This document shows positions 38,412 through 46,368 of a stretch of DNA of 61,805 bases, one piece after another. The notes beneath the pieces were generated by a model. The model did no database searches and had not been told where the DNA came from. It saw nothing but the letters and a program-made list of their open reading frames with translations. Numbering within the stretch: position 1 is the first letter of the stretch; each line of letters opens with the position of its first letter. Source of the stretch: an uncultured Rhodospirillaceae bacterium (GTDB taxonomy: Bacteria > Pseudomonadota > Alphaproteobacteria > MPNO01 > UBA2964); the NCBI GenBank assembly GCA_913052165.1, contig CAJXEC010000003.1, forward strand, positions 1-61,805, in the 5' to 3' direction. Both the position numbers and the translations under genes were made by a program.

Positions 38412-38490
38412 TTCCTTTTTCTCACTAATAAAATTTACACTTACATGTGGCCATTTTTCTTAAAACTTTCGTTTTTAGAGGATATGACCC

Positions 38491-39969
38491 TCAATCACGG
38501 GGAAAAGGTAAGTGACTAAATTTTTCGCGAATTTGCTTACGCAGTTCCTTGCTCACGTCAACCACCGGGGGGAAGACACCCTTCAGCAGCTGATCGTAAG
38601 GGATGCAAGCATCGATTAAAATTCGATTATTAAAATTCCCGGGAAGATAAAGGGGGTCTCGCTTAGACGCCCATGCTTTTAAGATTAAATCGATATCTGT
38701 ATCTGGGTCGAAGCGGGTCGACATCGCCCAAAGGACCTGATCGAGATCGCTTGCGTCGATGTCTTCGTCAACAACGACTGTCCATTTACCCGCGTAAGCA
38801 CCACCCTGACAATTAGATGCGACGTGTAAAACATTTCTCGCATGTCCAGGATATCGTTGCTTAATTTGTATGGCAGTGAAACGAGTTGCTGGTCCACCCT
38901 CGTGGTTCCAAACTCCCAAAATGTCGGGAAGACCGCATGCCTCGAGCGATCGCCATATTTCTGCGGATCCTGCAATACCTTTGAGGAGCCCTGTTTCATC
39001 TACGGGCTTGTGTTGTGGGGCGCAGGTGATGATGGGATCATTGCGGTGCAAAATGTTTTTAATTTCGACGTATGGTCGGGGGACTGAGTCATCTGAATAA
39101 TAACCCATCCACTCTCCAAATGGTCCCTCTTCCTTAACTTTTCCGGGTCTAGCAACCCCCTCAATTGCGATTTCAGCATCGGCTGGGATAGGAAAACCCG
39201 TATATGGACCCTTAATACATTCTATGGCCTCGCCTCGAATGCCTCCTGCAAAGTCGAGCTCTCCAACGTCTTCTGGCAGGGGACTCGCAGATAACATATA
39301 CAAGAGTGGGTCCATGCCAACTAATATGGCGAATTTACATTCCTCCCCGCGTTCAAAATATTTGTCGCGATGAATTCTCCCATGTTTGCCCTCGGTTATT
39401 TGGCAGCCGATAGTTTTGGCGTCGTAAACCTGATTTCGGTATGTACCCAAGTTGTAAGAGCCGTCATCGGGATCCTGACTAATGACGCAGTTGGCAGTGC
39501 CAATATACCGGGCTTTATCCTGCTCATGGTGTCTTGGAACAGGAAATTTCAAAACATCGACGTCGTCGCCTGTCATGATATTTTCCATAACGGGCCCGCT
39601 ATCGACAATTTTAGGAGGGATCAATTCCATGTTTTGCATGCGGTCATAATAGCGCTGTACAATATCTGCTTTGCGTTCATGTTCGAGAGGAAGCCCTAGC
39701 GTAAGAGCGACACGTTTTATCGAGGAGAGAGAACCATACAGGGTGCGGTATCCTTGCGGATATCCAGGAACATTATCAAACAACAGCGCGGGAGCATTTC
39801 CTCGACTTTTTTCAGTCATCATCTGAGTGATGCTGCCCATTTCTGCGTCCCAGCTGGCATTATCGACACGTAGCAACTCTCCAAGGTCATCGACCTTTTC
39901 TATCCAGTGTCTCAGTCCCCGATAACTTGCTTGGTCATTTGAAAGCCCGGCACTTCGTGCGTCATCCAT
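38491..39969 (-). CDS. UbiD-family (prFMN-dependent) reversible decarboxylase
   Basis: 492 aa. NLGTYRNQV, GKHGRIHRDKY, FAILVGMDP, ELDFAGGIRGEAIECIK, and PADAEIAIEG match the UbiD family core, including metal/prFMN-phosphate ligand positions. Confidence 0.85.
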   Translation of the reverse strand: MDDARSAGLSNDQASYRGLRHWIEKVDDLGELLRVDNASWDAEMGSITQMMTEKSRGNAPALLFDNVPGYPQGYRTLYGSLSSIKRVALTLGLPLEHERKADIVQRYYDRMQNMELIPPKIVDSGPVMENIMTGDDVDVLKFPVPRHHEQDKARYIGTANCVISQDPDDGSYNLGTYRNQVYDAKTIGCQITEGKHGRIHRDKYFERGEECKFAILVGMDPLLYMLSASPLPEDVGELDFAGGIRGEAIECIKGPYTGFPIPADAEIAIEGVARPGKVKEEGPFGEWMGYYSDDSVPRPYVEIKNILHRNDPIITCAPQHKPVDETGLLKGIAGSAEIWRSLEACGLPDILGVWNHEGGPATRFTAIQIKQRYPGHARNVLHVASNCQGGAYAGKWTVVVDEDIDASDLDQVLWAMSTRFDPDTDIDLILKAWASKRDPLYLPGNFNNRILIDACIPYDQLLKGVFPPVVDVSKELRKQIREKFSHLPFPRD

Positions 39970-40098
39970 ATTTTGCTCCTGACATCTGTGGTTTTACCCA
40001 GCGTTTAAGGACTCGGTGTAGGTTACAGCCCTGCTCCACAACTTTATAACATTGCCGCTCTGACCCGAAAACCCGTTACTAGATAGCAGCGGTCGAGT

Positions 40099-40127
40099 TT
40101 GACAGTTACCTAAGTAATTGGTTCAAT
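40099..40127 (+). promoter_or_regulatory. candidate sigma70-type promoter for the SDR gene
   Basis: TTGACA (40099-40104), a 17-nt spacer, then TTCAAT (40122-40127), about 28 nt upstream of the ATG at 40155. Confidence 0.4.
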
Positions 40128-40154
40128 CTGTAACAAAAGTTAGGGAGAAATCAA

Positions 40155-40898
40155 ATGAGACTTCAGGATAAAGTAGCCATTGTGACCGGGGCAGGTCGCA
40201 ACATTGGCGAACAAACGGCGCTCCTCTTTACCGACGAGGGTGCAAAAGTTTCAGTGGTTGATATGGATGAAGAGCGCGGCAAGAGAACCGTCGAGACGAT
40301 CAACCAGTCCCATCCGGGCTCCGCCATATATATTTCTGCCGATGTTTCAAATGAGCAATCCGTTAAGGACATGATTGCAGAGACAGTAAATACATTTGGT
40401 CGCTTAGATGTCTTGGTTAATAACGTAGCTATTTCGGATAATAAAACGGTATTTGAATGTAGTTTGGACGACTTCAATAAAGTCCTTGCCGTTACGCTCA
40501 CAAGCCAGTTTTTAACAAGCAAATATGCAGCCGAACAAATGATATCACAAGGCGATGGTGGATCTATTGTCAACATAGGTTCTACCTCTGGGTTCCAAGG
40601 GAGGGAGAGTGCGATCGCATATGCAGCAGCGAAAGGTGGCGTTGCTAATCTTATGCGCGGGCTAGCGGTCCAACTCGCACCTCATAAAATCAGGGTGAAT
40701 GCTGTAGTCCCCAACAAGATTGGTTCTCCGGTTGGGCAAGAAGATTTTGATCCCACACGTCCGGTGCCGAACTTAGCGGGGCGAGCGGGTGAACCACGTG
40801 AATTGGCCCAAGCGGTCTTGTTTATGGCGAGCGACGAATCTCGTTTTGTCTATGGTGAAAATCTAGTAGTAGATGGTGGGTTCAGTGCAATGATGTAG
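40155..40898 (+). CDS. short-chain dehydrogenase/reductase (SDR)
   Basis: VAIVTGAGRNIGEQ, NNVA, and YAAAKGG (YxxxK). GGGAGA SD. Confidence 0.9.
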   Translation: MRLQDKVAIVTGAGRNIGEQTALLFTDEGAKVSVVDMDEERGKRTVETINQSHPGSAIYISADVSNEQSVKDMIAETVNTFGRLDVLVNNVAISDNKTVFECSLDDFNKVLAVTLTSQFLTSKYAAEQMISQGDGGSIVNIGSTSGFQGRESAIAYAAAKGGVANLMRGLAVQLAPHKIRVNAVVPNKIGSPVGQEDFDPTRPVPNLAGRAGEPRELAQAVLFMASDESRFVYGENLVVDGGFSAMM

Positions 40899-40903
40899 TG
40901 TCA

Positions 40904-40953
40904 GATATCCAACAAAAATGGCGCCTCTCGGGGCGCCTTTTTTGTTGGATATC
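40904..40953. terminator. long inverted repeat / bidirectional rho-independent terminator
   Basis: GATATCCAACAAAAATGGCGCC tctcgg GGCGCCTTTTTTGTTGGATATC: 22-nt arms with one mismatch, a GC core flanked by an A-run and a T-run. It lies between the convergent SDR (+) and tctA (-) genes. Confidence 0.7.
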
Positions 40954-40965
40954 TCATCGCAGCGA

Positions 40966-42993
40966 TTACACGAAGAAGTTTGGCAACCAGCTTGGTTCAT
41001 GCCAAAGAACGGGCACAATCTCGTTAAACATTCCTAGCAAGAAGACGATGGTTCCAATTAAATAGATGACGATAACTCTCCAACCATAGTGCCCCCAAAA
41101 CACCAGATACAATAGAACGAACAAAACAAGAGTTGGAAATTGGCCAATTGCGATTGTGAATACGAAAATACCAACCATCCAGCTCATAAAATACATGCTT
41201 TTCCAGACATAGGCAGGGTCAACGCCCACCACGTCTAGATTTGCTGTGCCAGCTTTTATCGCTTTCAGAGTTTTGAAATCTTTAACAAGCGCTCCTAAAG
41301 CTAAGCAAAAACCGACAATCGCGACAGAATGAGGGAAAAGTTTTGATGAAAATCCCCAAGGGATCGCCTCGTAATAACAATAAGAAAAGATAACTAATAA
41401 CATTGCTGCCAATGGCCATGAAGCGGCGGGACAATCTTTGCCCCCTTCCTCGGCAATCTGAACTGCGGTTTCGACATCCTTTGGAGCTCCCGCTTTTCGA
41501 GCCTCTTGGGCGTCTTTGTTTTTACGGTTTTGTTTTCTGACAGTGCTGACTATCGTGACGATCGTAAGCGCAATAATTATCAACACGATGGGCCGGGTCA
41601 GTGAGCCCCAACCATGGGTTTGCATAGAAATACCGAGTGACTCTTCCATGATTTTTCCAAGCACAAAGCCAAGGACTATTGGAGGTCTTGGCCACCCACC
41701 TAGTTTCATGAAATAACCGATTAGGCCAAATATGAGGAGGACAATCCAGTTTCCAAGTGTACCGTTTCCGACCCAGGCCCCCATGAAAACAACAATGATT
41801 ATTGTGGGCACAATTATATGGCCTTGGATGTAGGTAATTTTGGAGACCTGGCTGCCCCAAATTAGTAGGATCAGTGCTCCGACGACATTTGCCATTACCA
41901 AAGTCCAGATAAGTGTGAAGGTAATGTTAAGATTCGTGGTCAATATCTGAGGACCTGGTTCGAGTCCTTGAATGAAGAATGCGCTCAGTAAGATAGCCAT
42001 TGAGGCGCTACCTGGTATCGCGAAGGCGATGGTGGGTAGTAATGCGCCGCCTTTCATAGCATTATTAGCGGCTTCTGGAGCAATGACGCCTCTTACATCG
42101 CCTTTGCCAAAGTTCTCGCTATTTTTTTCTGACTGCGCGGCGTGCCCGTAGGCAACCCAGTCGACGATTGAACCCCCAAGGCCTGGAAGCATCCCGATAT
42201 AAACCCCGATCGCCGTACAGCGAAGGGCTAGCCACCAGTTTTGCGCGGCATCTTTCATGCCTCTTAAAATACCTCCAGCCTCTACCTCTGTTCGCTTCAC
42301 TCTGGAGATCGAAGTGTTACGAACGGCGAGTTCTAATACCTCCGGGATAGCAAAGAGACCCAGGACGTATGGAACGATTGGGATACCCTCGAGTAAAAAG
42401 TTTTGGTTAAACCAGTAGCGTCTGACGCCACCAAATTCGGCAAAGCCCACACAAGCAAGCATGAGCCCGAAGCAGGCAGCTGCGGTTCCTTTATAGATCG
42501 ATTTTCCGCTCAATGCAGCGACCATAGTGAGACCAAGTACGGCTAATGCGAAAAACTCAGGCTCAGAGAAAGATAAAATGAGAGGTCTAACCACGGGAAT
42601 TGAGAGCGCTAAAAAGATCGCTCCCAAAACACCTCCGAACATCGATACAGTATAGGCGGCACCCAAGGCCCGTGATGCCTGCCCTTTTTGGGCCATCGGG
42701 TAGCCGTCTAGGATCGTTGCTTGCGAAGCAGCGGTCCCGGGAATACCAAGTAAAACCGAAGCAAGGGTATCCGCGGTGGTGGTCACTGCATACATCCCGA
42801 GTATGAAGGCGAAGGCTATTTGAGGCTCCATCCCGAAGGTGAAGGGAAGGAGGATGGCCATTCCGACTAGGCCACCTAACCCTGGGACCGCCCCGAAAAA
42901 CATTCCTATAGCAACGCCCAGCAACATATATCCTGGGGCTGGCCAAACCAAAACCAGTCTAAGTCCGTCTAGAACCGCCTCCATAAAGGTCAT
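40966..42993 (-). CDS. tctA: tripartite tricarboxylate transporter permease, TctA domain fused to a C-terminal TctB-like 4-TM domain
   Basis: The first ~500 aa are TctA-like (GAVPGLGGLVGMAILLP, GIPGTAASQATILDGYPMAQKG, MLPGLGGSIVDWVAYG). A charged linker (RKQNRKNKDAQEARKAGAPKD) follows, then ~150 aa with 4 TM segments. No separate tctB gene is present. Confidence 0.8.
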   Translation of the reverse strand: MTFMEAVLDGLRLVLVWPAPGYMLLGVAIGMFFGAVPGLGGLVGMAILLPFTFGMEPQIAFAFILGMYAVTTTADTLASVLLGIPGTAASQATILDGYPMAQKGQASRALGAAYTVSMFGGVLGAIFLALSIPVVRPLILSFSEPEFFALAVLGLTMVAALSGKSIYKGTAAACFGLMLACVGFAEFGGVRRYWFNQNFLLEGIPIVPYVLGLFAIPEVLELAVRNTSISRVKRTEVEAGGILRGMKDAAQNWWLALRCTAIGVYIGMLPGLGGSIVDWVAYGHAAQSEKNSENFGKGDVRGVIAPEAANNAMKGGALLPTIAFAIPGSASMAILLSAFFIQGLEPGPQILTTNLNITFTLIWTLVMANVVGALILLIWGSQVSKITYIQGHIIVPTIIIVVFMGAWVGNGTLGNWIVLLIFGLIGYFMKLGGWPRPPIVLGFVLGKIMEESLGISMQTHGWGSLTRPIVLIIIALTIVTIVSTVRKQNRKNKDAQEARKAGAPKDVETAVQIAEEGGKDCPAASWPLAAMLLVIFSYCYYEAIPWGFSSKLFPHSVAIVGFCLALGALVKDFKTLKAIKAGTANLDVVGVDPAYVWKSMYFMSWMVGIFVFTIAIGQFPTLVLFVLLYLVFWGHYGWRVIVIYLIGTIVFLLGMFNEIVPVLWHEPSWLPNFFV

Positions 42994-43029
42994 GGCGATT
43001 TACCTCAGCATCAAAGTTTGAACGAAAAG

Positions 43030-43053
43030 GGGGCGCCCCGCTTGAGGCGCCCC
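43030..43053 (-). terminator. intercistronic GC hairpin between tctC and tctA (attenuator or mRNA-stabilising element)
   Basis: GGGGCGCC ccgcttga GGCGCCCC forms an 8-bp GC stem. On the transcribed (minus) strand it is followed by CTTTTCGTT. Confidence 0.5.
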
Positions 43054-43082
43054 GATTACTATAATTTTGCCATTAGGAGTCT

Positions 43083-44180
43083 TTAGCTCTTCGCAGCGTT
43101 TGCATAGTCCAATAAGAATTTCTGAAGGTCCGCAGGCACATTCACTAGTCCTTTGATAAACTGCTGAGCTTCTTTACCCGATTTTCCGACGAAAATGCTG
43201 GAATTTACTTTTTTATACTCTGCCAAGAATTCTTTATCTTTAACAGTTTTGTCCCAGGCCGTACGCATGATGTTTACGGCTTTTTTGCTTGTCCCTTTTT
43301 TGAAGACGAGGATACGAAGCATTTCCCTAGTGCCGCCGATAGTTCTGAGCGCATTCCAAATCATCTTTGGGGGGCGTTTGCCCTTGCCGAATTTGGTCTC
43401 ATACACCTCTTGAAACGATGCTATATTTTTTGCGACGGATGGAGAGTGCAAGATTGTATTGTTGGGACCTGGTGTCCCGATATGCCACATGGGAATTGAA
43501 ATCCCTGGCTTTATCAATTGCTTATTCACGCGACCATAAAACCCTGCTAATGAGTCCGCCGTGCAATCCAACTCATTTTTTAAAATGGCTGCTCTGATCT
43601 GGCCGCCTGATTTGTACCCTGTTACATGCTTGAGTGGAATTTTTAAGGCATCAAAAAATAGGCGTGTGCGCAAATCTTTCGAACTAGTGGGCCCATGCCC
43701 ACCAGTACGAATTGGATGTTTGGTGTTGACCAAGTCGCGCCACGATTTAATTTTTATGCCTGGAATTGCGTCAACCCGACAGTGCGCAATCGTTTGCTGG
43801 CCAATGGCACCAACAAATTGAAACTGTGATAGGTCCGTTCTCAATTCTGGTGCCTTCATAACCTGAGCCATAATCGGGATTGTAAATACTCCCATCATTG
43901 TGCCATTCGTTTTTCCAGCCTCAGCTAGGAAGTTCGCACCTACTGCCCCCCCTGCACCGGATACATGACGGAAGATCAAACGGGGCTTGCCGGGGATATA
44001 CTTGGCCATGTGCCGCATGACCATGCGACCCTGTATGTCTGTGTTTCCACCAGCACCGTAGTTTATAATTATGTTAATCCTCTTGCCCTTGTAGAACTGA
44101 GCATCCGCTGTGGCACTGAGGCCAATTGATCCTAGGGCAATCGCCATAACGGCAAAGCTTGAATACTTTAATAAATTCAT
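43083..44180 (-). CDS. tctC: TTT-family periplasmic substrate-binding protein (TctC/Bug family)
   Basis: Signal peptide MNLLKYSSFAVMAIALGSIGLSATADA. NYGAGGNTDIQGR and SGAGGAVGANF are typical Bug/TctC motifs. Confidence 0.8.
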   Translation of the reverse strand: MNLLKYSSFAVMAIALGSIGLSATADAQFYKGKRINIIINYGAGGNTDIQGRMVMRHMAKYIPGKPRLIFRHVSGAGGAVGANFLAEAGKTNGTMMGVFTIPIMAQVMKAPELRTDLSQFQFVGAIGQQTIAHCRVDAIPGIKIKSWRDLVNTKHPIRTGGHGPTSSKDLRTRLFFDALKIPLKHVTGYKSGGQIRAAILKNELDCTADSLAGFYGRVNKQLIKPGISIPMWHIGTPGPNNTILHSPSVAKNIASFQEVYETKFGKGKRPPKMIWNALRTIGGTREMLRILVFKKGTSKKAVNIMRTAWDKTVKDKEFLAEYKKVNSSIFVGKSGKEAQQFIKGLVNVPADLQKFLLDYANAAKS

Positions 44181-44348
44181 TGAGGTTACCTCCCTTGTTA
44201 TTTGTTACCTTTTGAAGTCCATTCCGGGACCTTATTTTTATTCTTTTTGACCATCCCGACCGCGGAATAGATGCGCTCAAGAAAAAAGGCTACGTCATGG
44301 TTTTATCACGCGCAAGGCTATATTCTCGTTTCAGTGGTACCTCTATTT

Positions 44349-45254
44349 CTAGAATTGGACCTCTGGCGGGGTGAGGTCCCCATGCATACACCGTCTCATC
44401 AGCGGGGACGGTGCTCTCGCGGTTCCCCACATGTCATTTTTCTTCCGGCGCTCAGCCCATTGTTCGGGGGTTCCTGTTGGATAGCTATCATCGACCTGGT
44501 CCACCTCGGCTGTATACTCAACTATCAATCCATTGGGCTCACGAAAATACGAAAAAATATTATTTCCCGGGCCGTGGCGCCCGACGCCCCAATCTATTTC
44601 AAAGCCCTTGTGCTGCATACGCCCAACCCCTGTCATGAGGGCGTTAAAGTTGGGCATCTCAAATGCGGTATGATTAAGCCCAGGGCCATCAGCTCTGGCA
44701 ATCGCGATGCTGTGATGATCGGCGCTGCATCTAACAAAATGCATAATTTCCGTTCGGTCGCTAATTTTAAATCCTAATGCATCAGCAAACCACTCAGATT
44801 GCTCAGGCACTTTGGCAGAGTTCAAGACCACATGGCTTAATTTAAAGGGTCGATCATCTTGCATTGACCCATCTGAATGTCTCGCGACATCTGAGCTTAT
44901 CCCATATTCAAGCCCATCTGGGTCTTGGAATGAGAAACCGAACCCCGCCCCAGGCGTTGTAAGTTTTTGCGGAGGGGCAACAATTTTTATTCCAAGTCCA
45001 ACCAGTTTTTGATGAATAGAGTTTACGGTGTCCCTGTCTTTCGCAGAAAAGTTGACCTTTTTTACACCCGCGGTGGCTCCTTCATGTAGTACCACGCAAT
45101 GATGCTCTGTCCCCGTCGCGCGGAAATAGTGTGCATCTTGGCGCTGTTCAATAGGTTCTATTTTCCAACACTCATCATAAAATCGGGCTGTTGTTTTCAA
45201 GTCTGGGACCCAAAATTCAATACTTCGCAATCCGTTTACCGTGGCCTCGGACAT
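44349..45254 (-). CDS. two-domain VOC-superfamily extradiol ring-cleavage dioxygenase
   Basis: 301 aa with two glyoxalase/extradiol modules. HVVLNS, ADHHSIAI, NHTAFEM, and FREPNGLIVEY supply the His/His/Glu metal-ligand pattern of type I extradiol dioxygenases. Confidence 0.8.
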   Translation of the reverse strand: MSEATVNGLRSIEFWVPDLKTTARFYDECWKIEPIEQRQDAHYFRATGTEHHCVVLHEGATAGVKKVNFSAKDRDTVNSIHQKLVGLGIKIVAPPQKLTTPGAGFGFSFQDPDGLEYGISSDVARHSDGSMQDDRPFKLSHVVLNSAKVPEQSEWFADALGFKISDRTEIMHFVRCSADHHSIAIARADGPGLNHTAFEMPNFNALMTGVGRMQHKGFEIDWGVGRHGPGNNIFSYFREPNGLIVEYTAEVDQVDDSYPTGTPEQWAERRKKNDMWGTARAPSPLMRRCMHGDLTPPEVQF

Positions 45255-45354
45255 GTGACCCCCTCTTAAATAATTTTTATCCGCCCAAACGTAGGGCGAT
45301 AATTGAAAATCTCAAAGTTGATAATGGTGGATTAAGCGCAGAAAATTGGATTTA

Positions 45355-45378
45355 GGGGCTTTTCGAGGCCCCATTTTT
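45355..45378 (+). terminator. orphan rho-independent-terminator-like hairpin in a divergent intergenic region
   Basis: GGGGCTT ttcg AGGCCCC forms a 7-bp stem (including one G-U pair) with a UUCG loop, followed by ATTTTTG. It is plus-strand specific and lies 114 nt upstream of the FAH start. No plus-strand gene lies upstream. Confidence 0.45.
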
Positions 45379-45491
45379 GCCGCACTTTTTGAAAGTAAAA
45401 CTTTGCCCTCGTTGTGAGGTTGTGAAAAGAGTTATTTGTCCGTTTTCGAGTTGATACTGAAAACGCAATAAAAAGTTGAAAGGGAGAAGAT

Positions 45492-46364
45492 ATGAAGCTT
45501 TGCCGCTATAACGATGATCGCCTTGGCGTTGTTATTGATGAAAAGATCCACGACGTCACCGACATTCAAACCGATGTTCGTTCTCGAGCCAGATATGACA
45601 TGAAGGGTGATCCGGTCATCGCTGTAATTGATGACATAAGGGATCGATTGAAGGAGGCTGCTGGTAAGGTTTCAGGTATAGCTCGCGCCGATGTCTCACT
45701 TCTCCCACCTGTAGCTCGCCCGGGAAAAATTATGGCAGCACCGGTCAACTATGAGGCACATGTCGCCGAGATGGCGGCTCAGCCTCATGTCACGGGCGAG
45801 GCTGATGGTCCTAAAAGACCACCTGGGATCCAAAATCAGGGGATATTTTTAAAATCGAATACCGCAGTGGTAGGAGAAAGTGAAGGCGTCGCCATTCGTT
45901 TTCCTGACAGACGCAATGATCACGAGGTTGAATTTGTTTTGGTTATCGGGAAGCAGGGTAGCCACGTTGCCCAGGCTGATGCGATGGATTACATTGCGGG
46001 CTATACCCTTGGCTTAGATATGACTGTGCGCGGAATTGAAGACAGATCTTTTCGAAAGTCTTGCGACGGGTACGCGCCGCTGGGACCGTACTTCGTGACA
46101 AAGGATGAAATACCAGATCCTAACAATGTTCCGTTTACGGTTCACCTAAACGGCAAATTGCAACAAGACGCTCACACAAAAGACTTTATTTTCAACTCGC
46201 AAAGGTTAGTCGAGTTTGCAACTGAATTTTACACAATCTATCCCGGAGATGTCATGTTCACTGGTTCCCCACCCGGCGTGTCAGAGGTGAAGCCTGGAGA
46301 TGAGATGCACTGTGCATGCTCCCTTATTGGAGAAATGAAGGTCAAGGTGCGCGAGGCGGAGTGA
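45492..46364 (+). CDS. fumarylacetoacetate hydrolase (FAH) family protein
   Basis: GKIMAAPVNYEAH, HEVEFVLVIGK, GYTLGLDMTVR, and GDVMFTGSPPG form the FAH-fold metal/substrate motifs. GGGAGA SD. Confidence 0.85.
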   Translation: MKLCRYNDDRLGVVIDEKIHDVTDIQTDVRSRARYDMKGDPVIAVIDDIRDRLKEAAGKVSGIARADVSLLPPVARPGKIMAAPVNYEAHVAEMAAQPHVTGEADGPKRPPGIQNQGIFLKSNTAVVGESEGVAIRFPDRRNDHEVEFVLVIGKQGSHVAQADAMDYIAGYTLGLDMTVRGIEDRSFRKSCDGYAPLGPYFVTKDEIPDPNNVPFTVHLNGKLQQDAHTKDFIFNSQRLVEFATEFYTIYPGDVMFTGSPPGVSEVKPGDEMHCACSLIGEMKVKVREAE

Positions 46365-46368
46365 TCTA

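Noticed and set aside
41957-41967. GGTTCGAGTCC, a tRNA T-arm-like motif.
   Set aside because: It lies inside the tctA coding sequence. The flanks cannot form a 5-bp T-stem with a 7-nt loop, nor acceptor, D or anticodon arms. It is not a tRNA.
44271-44777. 168-aa plus-strand ORF. Similar long antisense ORFs occur at 46366..46839, 57734..58382, 9263..10183, 5726..6172, 40163..40576, 50030..50446 and 37236..37694.
   Set aside because: Each lies entirely antisense to a gene with strong family motifs. None has a recognisable motif or SD, and the compositions are Arg/Ser/Pro-rich, typical of antisense frames. I treat them as shadow ORFs.
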